Source: Chrysomallon squamiferum
Taxonomy: Eukaryota; Animalia; Mollusca
Direction: 5' to 3'
DNA: 64,000 bases
Assembly (NCBI GenBank): GCA_012295275.1
Contig: CM022665.1
Location: 21,266,001 to 21,330,000 of the forward strand
The position numbers and the translations under genes were made by a program. The stretch's first letter is position 1. Every line of letters starts with the position of its first letter. Positions 32,305-46,829 of this stretch are shown here, piece after piece. The notes under the pieces were generated by a model that saw only the letters and a list, made by a program, of their open reading frames with translations, was not told where the DNA came from and searched no databases.

Positions 32305-32353
32305 GCTCTCTCTGTTTAACTCACTCTACCTATCTATCTGTCGCTTTGTTTCT
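29495..32353. repeat. Right arm of a large inverted repeat (synaptotagmin intron upstream of the TM+C2A exon)
   Basis: Reverse complement of ~25220-27945; near-identical in the outer ~2.4 kb and more diverged in the innermost ~0.3-0.4 kb. Confidence 0.95.
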
Positions 32354-32422
32354 GTCTTACATTCTCTGCCTCACTTTCTCTCTGTTTCTGTCTATGTAAT
32401 AATACGTACAAAAACATATATA

Positions 32423-32479
32423 ATGGAAAACGACACCATTTATTTTCAAGTAAATAGTTCCGTTATACCTTTATTATAC

Positions 32480-32569
<90 letters not shown>

Positions 32570-32624
32570 ATAATAAAGATATAACGGAACTATTTACTTG
32601 AAAATAAATGGTGTCGTTTTCCAT
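32423..32624. repeat. Fold-back: ~54-bp inverted arms around a (GA)n tract
   Basis: ATGGAAAACGACACCATTTATTTTCAAGTAAATAGTTCCGTTATA..TTTATTA and its reverse complement at ~32570-32624 (1 mismatch). Confidence 0.9.
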
Positions 32625-34416
32625 GATGTAGCTGTCGCCTACATGACGCCTACACTGGAAAATATCTAATAAATGCTAATAAACTTTTCTTCTATTTTTT
32701 TTAAAACTTGATACAGTTGTCAATAAATTTCACAGATATTGTCACAATAGCATGCAAATCACGTCAATAAACCTTGTAAAGCGCGACCTGCGAAATCTGG
32801 CGAACGTACAGTGGCTGCGCATCGATCGGGAGGGATAACGCACAAAAACAAACCGGAAATTATAACCGCCTGCCGTGCCTCAGGCAATTTACAGTCAAAG
32901 GTAGTGAAATTCGAAGGTTATCTGCTAAACATCCTGCTTGCCAGGAATCACACAGACACGAATTTCACTTCATTAATTGAGGGTGATAAGCAAAAATATG
33001 ACCGTAATTTCATATTTCTCGTTTGTAAATTAACGAAACAATGATCAGGAATTTCATACGTACAAATTTAACGTTGCGGTTGCAGAAGAGTCGTCACTGA
33101 TTTGATTTTTATGCAGATGTAAATATAGTTATTAGAAATTATCAGCTCTGAAGATATCACGCTCTATGCAGCCTCTACAATGAAACGATCCAATAATTAC
33201 AAGTATAAAACATTGGTAATAAACTGGTCTTTATTTACGAAACTCTGAAGTAGAATGTACGTAGCTGTAAGAAAATTACAAGACACAATACATTTATATA
33301 TTTATATGCAATGAAAACTTGTGTTTTAGTCATCAGAGAAAAAGAAAATATATGAAGGATCATGATCAAACAAATATTTTTGGAGAATAAACTGAAGTAA
33401 CAGGAATTTCTATCATCAGTTTTTGTAACGTGTAGCAAACAAAGCAATGTTCGTTTATTGTTGGGGGTTTTGAGGTTTTTTTTGTTTTTGTTTGTTTATC
33501 GTAAAAAAGTGAAGCGAACACGTCAGATTAAGAGCATGTTTTAAGTGTCGAAAATATTCATATTTCTTTTCCTCCTTCACTTAAATAGGAACTTAGAATT
33601 ACAAGAATTTTGTTTTAAAACAAGTTTAAATAAATACTTAACGTTTATTACGTTGTGTTGTTTGAGTAACAAAAATCTGTGAACACTGACGTCAACACTG
33701 TGCTTATTAATACGGCATTAGGCCTATCTGGTCGTTGAAGGTCATCGTTTTATTTTAATCCCATCCACAGTCGATCTCTGTTTTTGATTATTTCGTGGTG
33801 CTGATTAGAACAAGACAACAAGACACTTCACTCGGCTTTGTTACAGAACAGAATGATTCATATTATATACACCTTCTCATGAGCCTGTGATAGACACAGC
33901 AGACAGTGCAGTGTGGACGCAGAGAGAGGATTCGATCCCGCTAACCACGATGTCTCGTTCAAGTTATAAATTCGGAAGTACTACTGGTGACGTCATTGCA
34001 CCAGAAAAGAGATCAGTGAAGATCTTCATCATTAAAAAACAAATTGAATGTTAAATGCTTATTTCCATTATTTTACTTTCATTAAAAAAAAAAAAAAAAA
34101 AAAAAAAAATTTGTCTTGTTCTTAACGATTACTACGTGAGTCGAATGAAAAACACTACTAAAATGTCACTAACGATCTCAATTAGGTTAAAAAAGAAGAT
34201 GAAGTAAAAGACGGTCAAGAAGCGATCAAAGATTTGCCTCGTTAGTGAGTTGCTGTAAACATTATATATAAAACAGAAAATCAGCGGCGGATTGTGGAGC
34301 ATTTCTCAGTTGCGCGGACCCCTCCCCGGATAAAATAATAATAATAATAATAAAATAAATTATTAAATAAATAAATAAATAAATATAAGTTGATTATGAT
34401 GATGATGATGATGATG

Positions 34417-34454
<38 letters not shown>

Positions 34455-34794
34455 TATAAGTAAAATACAATATATGTTTATATTGTCATAGATGTCTCAA
34501 GCTCTGTGTAATATTCGAGCTGAACGGGATGTCAACTTCACAGTTTGATTTGCTGATGCTGTGGATATGGCAGTAAGCATTAGCAAAGAGACACAATGCC
34601 ATGAACTGTAAATAGACACTGTAAAATTTATAATTTCAAATAAACAGTTACATACTGTCAACTCCCCTTTACCTAAAGGATAAACCGCCCCTTAAAATAA
34701 CGGAACTGGTATTTTTGATAATCAGTGAACGAAAGAGAAATGTCGAGGTTATAATCATTTTCCTGTTCTCGTACTGATAAACGTTTTAATGACA

Positions 34795-34918
34795 TCGCTC
34801 TATCTTCAGTTCAGAAAACGTTAATAATATTTAAAATAAAAAATACTCCGTCGTTCTATCTTCAGTTCAGAAAACGTTAATAATATTTAAAATAAAAAAT
34901 ACTCCATCGTTCTATCTT
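34795..34918. repeat. About 57-bp direct tandem duplication
   Basis: tctatcttcagttcagaaaacgttaataatatttaaaataaaaaatactcc occurs twice, plus a partial third copy. Confidence 0.85.
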
Positions 34919-36057
34919 TTTTTCTCATCCTTATATTCAGTACTGATTATATTCGTAAACATATGTGACAGAAATTACTTCACACTGCTGTAAAATTACT
35001 GGATACGCCCCATCTAAACATAACACGTAGTTAACCTAACTCATTCTTCGTTGCTCAGTGTTTGTTATTTTGTACGGTATCATTTATTTGTTAATTTCTA
35101 GTATATATTTTATAGCAAATTGTTTTCCTTTGTTTTATAGAATAGTAGTATATAGCAGTGTGTAGTTTTATATAGTTTTATACAGTAATATATGGGATTA
35201 TATAATAGTATATAGTAATATATAGCAGTGTGTTATTTAGATTTAGTATTGGTATATATTAGTGTCTATTAGTGAATGGAGGTGTGTAGAGGTTTATAAT
35301 AGTGTGTAGTAGTTTACAGAAATGTGTACACACAAATAACTTCTTTTCACTTTCATTTTCACTGTTAGTGTTGTATGAAGCATTATTCATCTGTTTCTCT
35401 ACGTTTGTAGATAGTTACATTTTATATGTTATATATGCCAGCAGGACTTTTTACCTATATGAGTATTTATAAATAAATAAATATATATATATATAAATGC
35501 ACGTGCGCATACACATGTATTCTATAACTAACATTACATTGGTAATCCCTTACTTTTAACAATATTGATGCATACCTTGAAACATTTTAGACTTACCCTT
35601 TCATCTGAATATGATACTAAAAGATTTCTAAAATATAAAAACAAATATCCTGTAACTTGAAACAGACGTACCTTCAGTGTTTTGGTCACTCGTTTACATC
35701 AGACATATATTTCTGTCACTTCATAAGACCAAATAAAGCTGTGTGGATGAATCACAAAATATTCCTCAGAGTCAAAATTCAGAAAAAAAATTGTCGAATA
35801 ATTACTGTGTTGTGAATAAACAAACTGGTAAATATGGCAGATGATGCTGTAATCTGCTATTGTTTTGTGCAGTCCTTATTTTAAGTACCAAGTAAATCTG
35901 GAACATTCCAATAATATCAGGAAAAAGCCGACAACATCCAAACGAACCAAAATTAAATATTTCTCAAATATCTGCCTTCAAAGTATAACAGTGAAACTGT
36001 TGTGAAATATCTTTGTGGTCTAAGAATAAATGTAGGATAAAACTAGGTTTACTCATT

Positions 36058-36186
36058 TTATAACGTGTTTTGACGAGTTAGCTTTACACATAGTATAACG
36101 TATTTTGACGAGTTAGCTTTACACATATTATAACGTATTTTGACGAGTTAGCTTTACACATATTATAAAGTATTTTGGCAAGTTAG
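36058..36186. repeat. 35-bp tandem repeat, about 3.5 copies
   Basis: tataacgtattttgacgagttagctttacacata units; period 35. Confidence 0.85.
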
Positions 36187-37809
36187 TTTGACATTTTATA
36201 CATTATTAACTTTCAAATTACATCTTTCACAAAGATCAGTTTATAACAGCTGTTAAATACATCCAAATCTGTTAAACTGCAATCAAATCACAACGTAATG
36301 CATGGTGATCGCGTGATCCAGCAAGTCTGTTTGCAACAAGATTCCTCTCTACGTGGTAGCGTACTGATAATAGCATGTAAAATAGGTCCTTTCCAAAGAA
36401 AACAGTTGAAACAGTTTATTTAAAACAGGCCTCAGATATAAGAAAAAGACGAGAGTGATTAAAAGTGAATAACGAGACAATTTTTAAATCGGGTACACTC
36501 TGATTTGTGATTTACAAAGATGACCATCTACACTGTAAATATTGTCCATTTCAGAGAATAAGATCAATTATATATTGTAAAAAAAAAAAAAAAAAAAAAA
36601 AAATAAAAAAAAAATTCATCAATCAGTAAGAAATGAAAATAAGATAATTAAAAATATAGCAGCATATGATGTTAGCCTTAAGAGTTAAGGAGCTCGTTAA
36701 AAAACATGAAAAAAAAAAAAAAAAAAAAAGCTTTTCAGCTTTGCAAAGATGCTGTGATGAATATGAAACATGCGTGAAAATTAGACAATGATTATTTTGT
36801 CTGAAAGAAGTAGCTAAGCGGATGCAGTTTATCAATGTCTGGTGAATGGTGATAATAATAATAAAAGGAAATAGTTTAAAAAGAAAATGAAATGTAAATA
36901 AGCTGAACACAGTCAGGTTGTACAACTACAATTTTGAATCCTCTTCAGCCCAAAAATCAATTTGAACAAAAAAATATTTGAAGATTACAGTGAAAGTTTG
37001 AACACACAAGTAGTTTGTTAAATGCGACATTTCAACAAAACTCACTCATAATTAAAATATAAATTCCTTCGAAATAAAATAAAATTCACGAATTTAACTG
37101 AATAAACAATTTCCAAAATAAAATACATTTCACTCGTATGATGTTTGACGGTCGCTTGCATAATTAGGTCAGTTTTATAAATCAGATGACGTCAGAAAAC
37201 GCAATGCAGATGCCATCAGTATCAAAAGTAGGAAACTGGCATTCAAAAACCACCATGTAGAAAATCGTACTAAACATTTAATTTTCCTCCAGAAATAGTA
37301 AACCTCTAACAGCATACAGAATCTCATGAATAACAAGTCAGTTTTAAATGCAGATGAATTCACAACGTGGTTCATATAAATACCAAATTTGAATCGCATG
37401 CCTTCCAAACAATTCAGACGTTTAACTCCAAACCAGTGACTAATTAAACACTAACTTACAACTATCTCTGAAAACCAAAAATAATTACGTTAGAGTTAGG
37501 TCGCTTGTCCCTTGCCGAAAAACGAGCAGATGTTTTCAGTTCTAGCTAATTTCAGCTTTGCAAGATTTCCTCGTTTCGTCCATTTCATATGGTATACGTT
37601 AACCCATTGCCAGGACGTTTACCAGTAAGCTTGTTATGTTTGACTTAGTATACTGAATAGAGAAAAAGAAAAATAGAAAAATAATTAAAAAAAATAAATA
37701 AATAAAAATAAGGATTACCGGTCACAGTGCCTAAAGCCTGATTTGTTCATTTAGAACAAACAAAAGAAAAAGTAAAAAAGAAGAAAAAAAAACATCACCC
37801 ATCATTTAC

Positions 37810-37846
37810 CCGATCCTCCTGTGGATGCTGATGTCAGCGACCTCAT
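37810..37846 (-). CDS. SYT9: Candidate alternative first coding exon of synaptotagmin (MRSLTSASTGGS-D)
   Basis: ATG...TCG G|gtaaat; 37 nt, phase 1, in frame with exon 2; lies in a locally less AT-rich island. Confidence 0.5.
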
Positions 37847-38494
37847 TGATAACCGTCAATAACGACAAAGGATAATCACAGCTGAAATTATGTTCTGATA
37901 CAAACTGTGCTCTGTCCGCTGGTGTCCCCAGGGTGATGGTCACTTTATGACGCAGTATGACCAGATGTAGAGGCTGAAGGCAGGAAACAATTACTCTGCT
38001 CTCAGTCAATAAATCTGTGTACGCTTAATTCCCAATTAAACGTGTTTTCTTTCTTCTTATGTCATTCTTTCCACGATTATTTGGAAATAATGTATTAATT
38101 AATGACATACATGTATTCTAGAAAGGAAGTAAGTAACTGATAATTACTTTATTTAGAAGGCTCATCATATCGGCACTTCCGGATGTGCCGGAGATGACGT
38201 CATATTATGTGATTCGCTGTACGAAAATTAACTTTTTTTTTTTTTCCTTGCGAATTCACATTAATTTAGATTTTCTTTTCTTTTCTTTTTTTATTTTCTT
38301 TTTTCTTTTTATTTCTTTTTTTTTTTTTTTTTTTATTCAGGTATATATTATAGTAGTAGTAGTAGTAGTATTTTAAAAGGCATAGAATTAAGACATTTCC
38401 TTTTACTGTATCAGATCTGTAAAATGTTTTGTTTTATTCATTTGTTCTTTATCTCCTTGTTTTTCTTTTATTTGTTTATTTTGTTTATTTTTTA

Positions 38495-38536
<42 letters not shown>

Positions 38537-39117
38537 AATAATAATTTCTTTATTTTTTTAAATTATTATTTTACGATTTTACTTTTAAGGCGGATATTTC
38601 AATGTATCCGACGCACAACTCAGGTGATCAGTCTATAAATCGCTGCCATTTTGTAAAACACTCTGTTAGTGAAACTTGACAGAGATAACTTCAAGCGTTA
38701 AAGAGCTGTCTACGAACGGCCACTCTAGAGCCAGACATGCACACAATAGATATATCACCGTACGCTACCTAATGTCGGAATATCTAATGGGACAATGGTT
38801 ATTTTGATGACTTCTGGGATTGAAATGGACTTTTTCCCTAAATAATCACAAACAATGCATTGAGAGATTAAAGGACAGACATATACGCATAGTCTTTTTG
38901 TTATCGCAGATTTCACTTTCTCTAAACATTTAATTTATTTATTTATTTATTTATTTATTATTATTATTATTATTAGTTTTCATCTTTCTGGTTTTAACAT
39001 TTCTTCGTTTTCTTTGAAAAATTTTTTTTTCTTTTATTTTCTTTATACTGCCTTTTCTTCCTTCTTTCTCTTTGTATTTTTCTATTGCTTACCGACCTGT
39101 CTACCTTTCTATGTAGA

Positions 39118-39188
<71 letters not shown>

Positions 39189-40373
39189 GTTTATATATAT
39201 AGTTTGTTGATGATTTGTTGATGATATCGATGATTAATTATCAGTTATTGAATTCAGTGTGACAATAATATTCACACGATCAGACAAACATTCTTAAGAC
39301 GTCAGGTCAAATCAGGTCAGTATCCTTTTGCAGCAACCAGTAATATCTGCCACAAGCTATTACGAAAACTGCTGCGGTTGAGACTACAAATTACGTCACT
39401 ACATGGACTTAGCTATTTCACGTAGGGGATATCTTGACATTCTGCAAGTATTTTGTTGTTATGTTTGAGTCAACGAACATAAGCTCCTGAGATAGGATAC
39501 TCGTATCTGCCTGCATCCAGTGTTAAAATGGAAAGAAAGGTGAGGCCGTTTTTATAAAAATCTGTTATGTCGTGGAAAGAAGAACCAGCTTGAATATAAA
39601 ATATATATGCTACAGCTATTCAGTGAAAGAAAGATAGATAGACAGACATAACACACACACATAGATATGTAGATATATAGATCGATAGATAGATAGTTTG
39701 ACAAATAGATACATATATTACATAGATATATAGATAGATAGTTTGACAAATGGATGGATGGATGGATGGATGGATATATATATTATATAGATAGATAGAG
39801 AAATAAACAGGTAGATGGATAGATAGATAGACAACTTGACTGACTGACTAATTGATAGGTGTGTAAGTAGTTGGATAGACAGACAGACAAACAGATAGAA
39901 CAAAATTAATACAAATTAATACACTGCTCATGCATGTGAATAGCAAACCAACAAAAAACAAAAATAATTAGTACTTGGGTTTCTTTCTTTAAATCATCAT
40001 TGTTCATACAAACGAAAGAAAAAAATTCACCTTTCTAAAAACATGGAAGTTTATAACACGTCGCTAAATAAAGAAACAGAGCCACAATGTCTGGAACTGA
40101 AAACAACGCGACGGGACCACCGATGTTACTAGAAGCAGTGTATAAAAACCTCAGCAGATGTTGGACTGGAAGATGTGGGGTAAAAAGACGTGTTGCACAT
40201 TAAGAGAGAAAGCAGAAAGGAAAAAAAAAAGAAGGAGATCGCGAGAGAATTCAGCACTTCTGTTTTGTAAATTATTTATTTTTATGTCCGTTAACTAGAG
40301 TCGCTGATTAATTCATAGAAACGAGCTCATTATAAATAATTCTCTTTATCATCTTTATTATTTTTGCTTTATA

Positions 40374-40425
<52 letters not shown>

Positions 40426-40808
40426 TTATTATTATTATTTTATTGTTGTTTTTGTTTTTATTCTTATTCTTCTTATTATTGTTGCTGATGATGAATTTAT
40501 CTATTTATCTACATGCATGTATGTATGATTGTATGTATATGTGTGTGTATTTATGTATGTATGTATGCTGGCATGAATGCATGTATGTATGTATGTATGT
40601 ATGTATGTATTTTTGTTTGTATTTGTTTTTGAATCCAGCGACATTCTAACACTGTAATGGCTCATTATAAATTTATAAACATCCATTTCGAGTGGGTCAT
40701 GACTGAAAACTGACTTTCTATTATCTGTTAATTATGCAATTCTTATGGCGTTGGTGAAATAGCATCCACTGTCTTTTACTGCAATAATGACTACGCAGTA
40801 AGTTATAT

Positions 40809-40883
<75 letters not shown>

Positions 40884-41525
40884 CACAATTCTCAACACAT
40901 TATCAACTAATTATGAGAACGTAATAATAAATCAATGTCCGGTTATGTTGAAGTTACCGCTAGACATGGGTTTATAACAAACATTACACCGGTACGGATA
41001 TAGATTAATTTTCGACTGATGCTACGCCATTTTATGTAAACTTACGTATGACGTTTTTAGGTCTTTTCATATGCTGCATATATTTTACATTACATATAAA
41101 CTTTCTGCAGTTATAAACGCAAGTTATGCCGACACATATTAAATTATATAAACCATAAAACCGGTAAAACTATAATGTAAAAAACAAAAACAAACAAACA
41201 AAACAAATACCGATGACTATGATGATTATTACAGAATAAATTTGAATATGGTTCGTATGAACATAATAAATCACTTTCGACTAGAGTACTGACACTCAGA
41301 TTACGCTAAATAAGCATGAATTTCCAATATAAATCTTTTATGAAGCGAAGCGGCAGACATTTTCCCAGTCCTCCCTCCTGGGAGACTTTTTCGTGCGCTA
41401 TGCTTTGCAAGCTTTACATGTTTTTGTTTCTTCCTTTATCACACTCGTTAAAGTATTGTATTTCTGAAATATGATTGATGTAAAAATTGTTCCGAATATA
41501 AAGTTGGAAATGTGATTCATTCAGT

Positions 41526-41561
<36 letters not shown>

Positions 41562-42138
41562 CCAACAGAAGGATTTTTTTTTTTTTTTTTACCCCCTCAC
41601 TGAACTCTTGGCGGTAGTGAATTTTTGTAGATTTGTAATATTAATACCACTTATAAAATAAATATAATTTTATACTGGTTACTTAGCATATAAGATACAA
41701 AAAAAAAATATATATAAATAAATAAAAAGCCTCTGTTATTACTACTACTACCACTGCTACCACTATCACAGTAAGTACTACTATAAATGCTATTACGACA
41801 ACTACTACTACTACCACCACCAGTACCACTACTACTATAACTACTCTATTGTAACTAAAATTATTACTATCACTGCTAGTATTAATAATAACATCAATTC
41901 TGCTACAACAGCTACCGATACTATTACGATTACTATTGTTACAATTAATATTACTTCACTAGTATTTATTTATTTATTTATTTATTTATATTATTTTACT
42001 GGTGGTTATTTCGTTGTTGACGCCAGTAAACGCAGTTTGGCAAAATAATTAATTAGTCCTAAAATGACAACTCCCCGAACAGAATATGTAATAAGCTGTG
42101 TATTCAACGATAACATGAACTAAACAGATATAACCGTA

Positions 42139-42223
<85 letters not shown>

Positions 42224-42467
42224 ATAAAATTTCAAAAACTAAATTAAACAGAGAAATTAAAATAAATAAATAAATAAATAAATAACTATAGCAAACAGCG
42301 AAATAATTAAAGAAAATTTAATAGTCATAAATTGGTTTCATGTGGTTATTATGAACTTAAACAAATATTCAGAAAACAACACCAAAAACAAACAAATAAT
42401 CTTTTTCGATTCAAAGGCATGATAACGGTTATTTATAGTCATTATTACCTAACAGTAATAACAACAA

Positions 42468-42499
<32 letters not shown>

Positions 42500-42639
42500 A
42501 CAACAACAATAATAAATAAATAAATAAATAAACAGGCCCTAAATAAACAACAACAACAACAGCAATAATAATAAACACTTTCTCGCTTTTAATATGAAAT
42601 AAATAACAAATGTTTTTACAGTCAGCAACCATCTCTTAC

Positions 42640-42658
42640 CTTTGAACATCTTCGCCAT
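42640..42658 (-). CDS. SYT9: Probable first coding exon of synaptotagmin (MAKMFK-D)
   Basis: aagtATGGCG (good Kozak context), AAAG|gtaaga donor; 19 nt, phase 1, joins exon 2. Total CDS is 1380 nt (459 aa). Preceded by a GC-richer 5'UTR/promoter-like segment to ~42950. Confidence 0.7.
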
Positions 42659-42954
42659 ACTTTTCTCGCTGTCTTTCGCTTTGTCCTACATCCGGGTTGG
42701 GCGGTTGGCAGACGTATTAAGTAACTCGACATCCGTTTGCAACGACAGTAGCGCCGTCAACAGCTCAGTGACTGCTCCGTGCCACGGGTCTATTGACGAC
42801 TGATAAATTTTTCATACAGCGTTATGTCCCCCGAGTCATAGCAGGAAAATGTCGTGACAGTAACTCTGACAACATCGGTCGATGAACGAGAGAGAATGAA
42901 GAGCCAAGCGATTCGACGTTTCCATAACAGACTTGTGTACAGAGCGGCTTATAC

Positions 42955-43560
42955 TGTGTTTAATACTGGTTGTGTTTATAGTTCTTTTATGTTGTGTTAA
43001 AGTTCTTATATATTGTGTTTATAATTATTATTATTGTGTTGTTTTTATTTTTTGTGTTTAGAGATGTTATATGTTGTGTTTTTTTTATATATTGTGTTTA
43101 TAGTTCTTGTATTTTGTGTTTATAGTTCTTAAATATTGTATTTATAGTTCGTATAGGTTCTTATATGTTGTTGTATTTATAGTTCGTATGTGTTCTTATA
43201 TGTTGTCTTGTTTTATGTTTTGTGTTTATATTTCTTAAATATTTGGTTCATGGTTCTTATATATTGTGTTTCTAATTATTACTGTGTTGTTTTTATATTC
43301 TGTGTTCAAAGTTCTTATATTTTGTGTTTATAATTATTATTGAATTATTTTTCTTTATTTGTGCTTACAGTTCTTATATATTGCGTTTATAATTTTGTTT
43401 TGTTATTTTGTGTTCACGGACTTTATAGGCATATATTGTCTTTACATAATAAAGTGAATTTTTAGTTCTTGTGTAGTAGTTTTTATATATTGAATTTATA
43501 CTGCATAGTGAGTGGTTTTTATATTTTGTGTTTATTGTTCTTTTATACTGTGTTTATAAT
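42955..43560. repeat. Degenerate ~20-22-bp T-rich tandem repeat (TTGTGTTTATAGTTCTTATATA)
   Basis: Many imperfect units immediately upstream of the putative synaptotagmin first exon. Confidence 0.75.
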
Positions 43561-43699
43561 TATTAGGCAGCACATACCAAGCATTTCTATAGCCAGTCGC
43601 TGAGCATCAGTTGGATAAGAAGCTGTGCATTAGGAGAATATATTAATAAGTCCTGATTACAAGACAAAATAGTGATGTTGATGAAGACAAACCATTATT

Positions 43700-44245
43700 A
43701 CTGGTAGTAATAGCAGCAACAGCGATAGTGTTAGTAATAGAGTAGTCATCGTATTAGTAGTAATAGTAGTAGTAGTAGCAGTAGTAGTATTAGTAGTAAT
43801 CGTGGTAGTAACGGTAGTAATAATAATAATAGTAGAGTAGTAGTAGTGGTGGTAGTAGTAATAGTAGTAGTAAAATAATAGTAGTAGTCTCAGTAATAGT
43901 AGTAGTAATTGTAGTAGGAACAGCAGCAGCAATAGTAGTAGTTATAATAGTAATAGTAGTAGTAGTAGTAATAGTATCAGTAGTAGTAGTAGTATAGTAG
44001 TGGTGGTAGAAATAGAACTAGTAGTAATCGTAGAGGTAATAATAGCAATATTAGTAGTAGCAGCTGCATTATTAGTAGTAGTAAAATAATTAGTAGTATT
44101 AATAGTAGTAGTAGCAGCAGCAGCAACTGCAATAACACATGTAGCAGTAGTAGGAGGAGCAGCAGTAGCAATAGTTGTACTAGTAGTAGAAGTAGCAAAA
44201 ATAGTAGTGGTAGTAGTAACAGTAGTAATAGCAGTAGTAGTAAAG
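43700..44245. repeat. Degenerate (AGT/AGC)n trinucleotide tract
   Basis: Direct inspection; source of the poly-L/Y/T ORFs in the track. Confidence 0.9.
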
Positions 44246-46055
44246 TACTTGAAATTTATATTATTTATTTATTTATTTATTTTAATAAGGATTGAAAGCT
44301 TGTTTGGTCTTGAAACATTGTTTGGTTTTCCTCCTTAGAAACAGATTAAAGTCTTCGGTTCACCTTAACCAAAATTACATGACCATTCAATGTAATTTAC
44401 CAAAATCACATGACCATACAACATAGTTTAGACTTGTTAAATTTTTAGCCAAGAAATTTGATTAGTACGTCTGCAAACGGTAATTTTAAATTTAAAGACA
44501 CGATCATTTTACTTTTTTTTCTTCTTTTTTTTGACAAAAGATTTTATGTTTTATTTTTTATCTGCGTTCGTTTCCTGAATGGAACTAATTAAACAAGAAA
44601 TGGAAAAAAAGTCAGGAAATAAAAACAAAGAAAGTCAAAAAAAGAAGGAAACAAAGCAAGAAATAAAGAAAGAAAGAAGGAATGAAAAGGAGAGGAGTAA
44701 AGACAATATATAGAAAGAAAAAAGTCGCTGAGCATTAGCTGAATAAGAATGATTAAGCATAGCAGGAGCAACAACAACAACAGCAATAACAACCACAACA
44801 GCAACAAATAATAATAAATATAACAAACATCGGTACATACATTAATTTTTGACAGATGCTAGAGTGTTATGCTTCACGTCATTGCCATAGTCAAACAGCT
44901 GAAATAATAATTTATAGGTAAATTCCACCTGCACTTCATTAAGAATGAAGGTTTCAGAATATGAACAACAATACATTTTAAGATAAGAGTTGTTATGAGA
45001 GACAATAATAATAACAGTAATGATAATTATTATTATTATTATTATTTATTTACTTATTTATTTATTATTACTAATACTGCTACTACTACTACTACTACTA
45101 ACTACTATCATCATCATCATTGTCATCATCATCATCATCATCATCATCATTATTATTATTATTATTAAAATTTAAAAAAAATAAACGAAAGAAGAAAAAT
45201 TAATTTGCATTTATTTTATTTGCTGCGGGGTGTAATCAGATGACTGATCAGTTGTAATAAGAAATGTTGGGTGTTAGCTTTTTCTTGCATCTTTTATTTC
45301 AACAAACAAGAAATAAAAAAAAAAAAAAAAAAAAGACACTGTCCATCTATATATCTTGTTCCGGTATTTTCAAGTACCCTCAGAAAACTGTCCGGTTTTG
45401 TTTGGGTTTTTGTTGTTGTTGTCATTAATATATATATTTTTTATTAATTTATTTTATTTTTAAAATATTTTTTATCTCTACTTGGAAATAGTGTAGATAT
45501 TTGAATGTTGTCGAGTATAATTCTATATCGAAGAAAAAAAAAATGCAGTGCTTAAAACAAATGCAAAATTGCCTTTAAGAGTGCAAAAAAAAAAAAAATA
45601 ATAATAATAATAAAAAAATAAAAAATAAAAAACGAGAAGAAAGAAAAAAGTAAGAATAATATTTCTTAAATTTAATAATACAAAAGAATTCTATTTTATC
45701 GATTTTTATCTTTAAACTTTTTTTTTTCTCTTTTTTCTTTTCTTTTCCTTTATGGAGACGTTTTAGTACGAATTATTGGACTAATTCAATACATAAATCA
45801 GCGAAGCAAATTAGTTTAATTAGTTGCTGCGTCATTAAAGATTCATATACAGGATTTCAGCGCGGATTTTCTTCTCTTTTTTTCTTACAGCAAGATATAA
45901 TGCTTGTATTTTATTGTATTAAACTTAACGCATTTATCATTCTAGACAAGCTAAATTGCGTAGTTACTACGAAGTGTCAGTTTGGACAGGAATTAAGTCT
46001 TTGTAGTAATCTTAAATAATAATTTTGAAAAAAGTAATAAATAAGTAAATAAATA

Positions 46056-46145
<90 letters not shown>

Positions 46146-46829
46146 CAGACAATAAATAAATAAAATAAAACAAAATGAAAAAACAGTTATCTCATCTAAC
46201 CTAATATTCTAACATAATTTAATGATACTACGAAGAGACTTTGGCGCCGAAGACCAGCGTTAGTTTATTAACAGATAATGTCAAGGTGGCGTCTGAATTT
46301 ATTAAAACTGCAGACTTTTTTCTTTATTCTTTTACTATTGTTATTTTTTTTTTCTTTAAAATTTTATATGCAAATATAATATTGTGAAGAGGAAAAGGTG
46401 CGCTAGAAATGTCACGTACAGATTTTGAAATAATTTTTGTAAAATTCTGTTGATGTTTTCAACAAAAATCGTTAAGGTCGTTAAGATCAATTCTCCTGAT
46501 TTTATCAACTGCGTTATTTCCCGTTCCAGCTAACAATCCACGACGCGTATGAAAAGTCGTCGCGTACGTTTTTCCTGTTTATAACACATCACATGTACAA
46601 TATTCCTCACAGCTTTACCGACGAGAGTGGTCGAGATATTATTAACCACTCGATTAACGGTAAACGGAAAGAAAGAAACATGAAAAAAAGAAACACTAAA
46701 GAAAGAAACAATTTTGGCTAGGAAAAAAAAAGAAACAGGAAAAAAAAAGAAACGGAAAGAAAGAAACAGTTTTATTCACAACAAATTTATTCTCAACTAT
46801 GAATTTCTTTGTATTATTTAGGTCATAAG

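Noticed and set aside
35597-35730. Donor-like sites at ~35597 and ~35672 as additional synaptotagmin first coding exons
   Set aside because: The frame needed for phase-1 joining contains a stop with no ATG after it; non-coding exons cannot be excluded.
40031-40044. ATGTTTTTAGAAAG|gtgaa as a first coding exon
   Set aside because: Phase 2; out of frame with exon 2.
40249-40270. TTCAGCAC as a REST/RE1 site in a neuronal gene
   Set aside because: Only the left half-site is present; there is no GGACAG right half.
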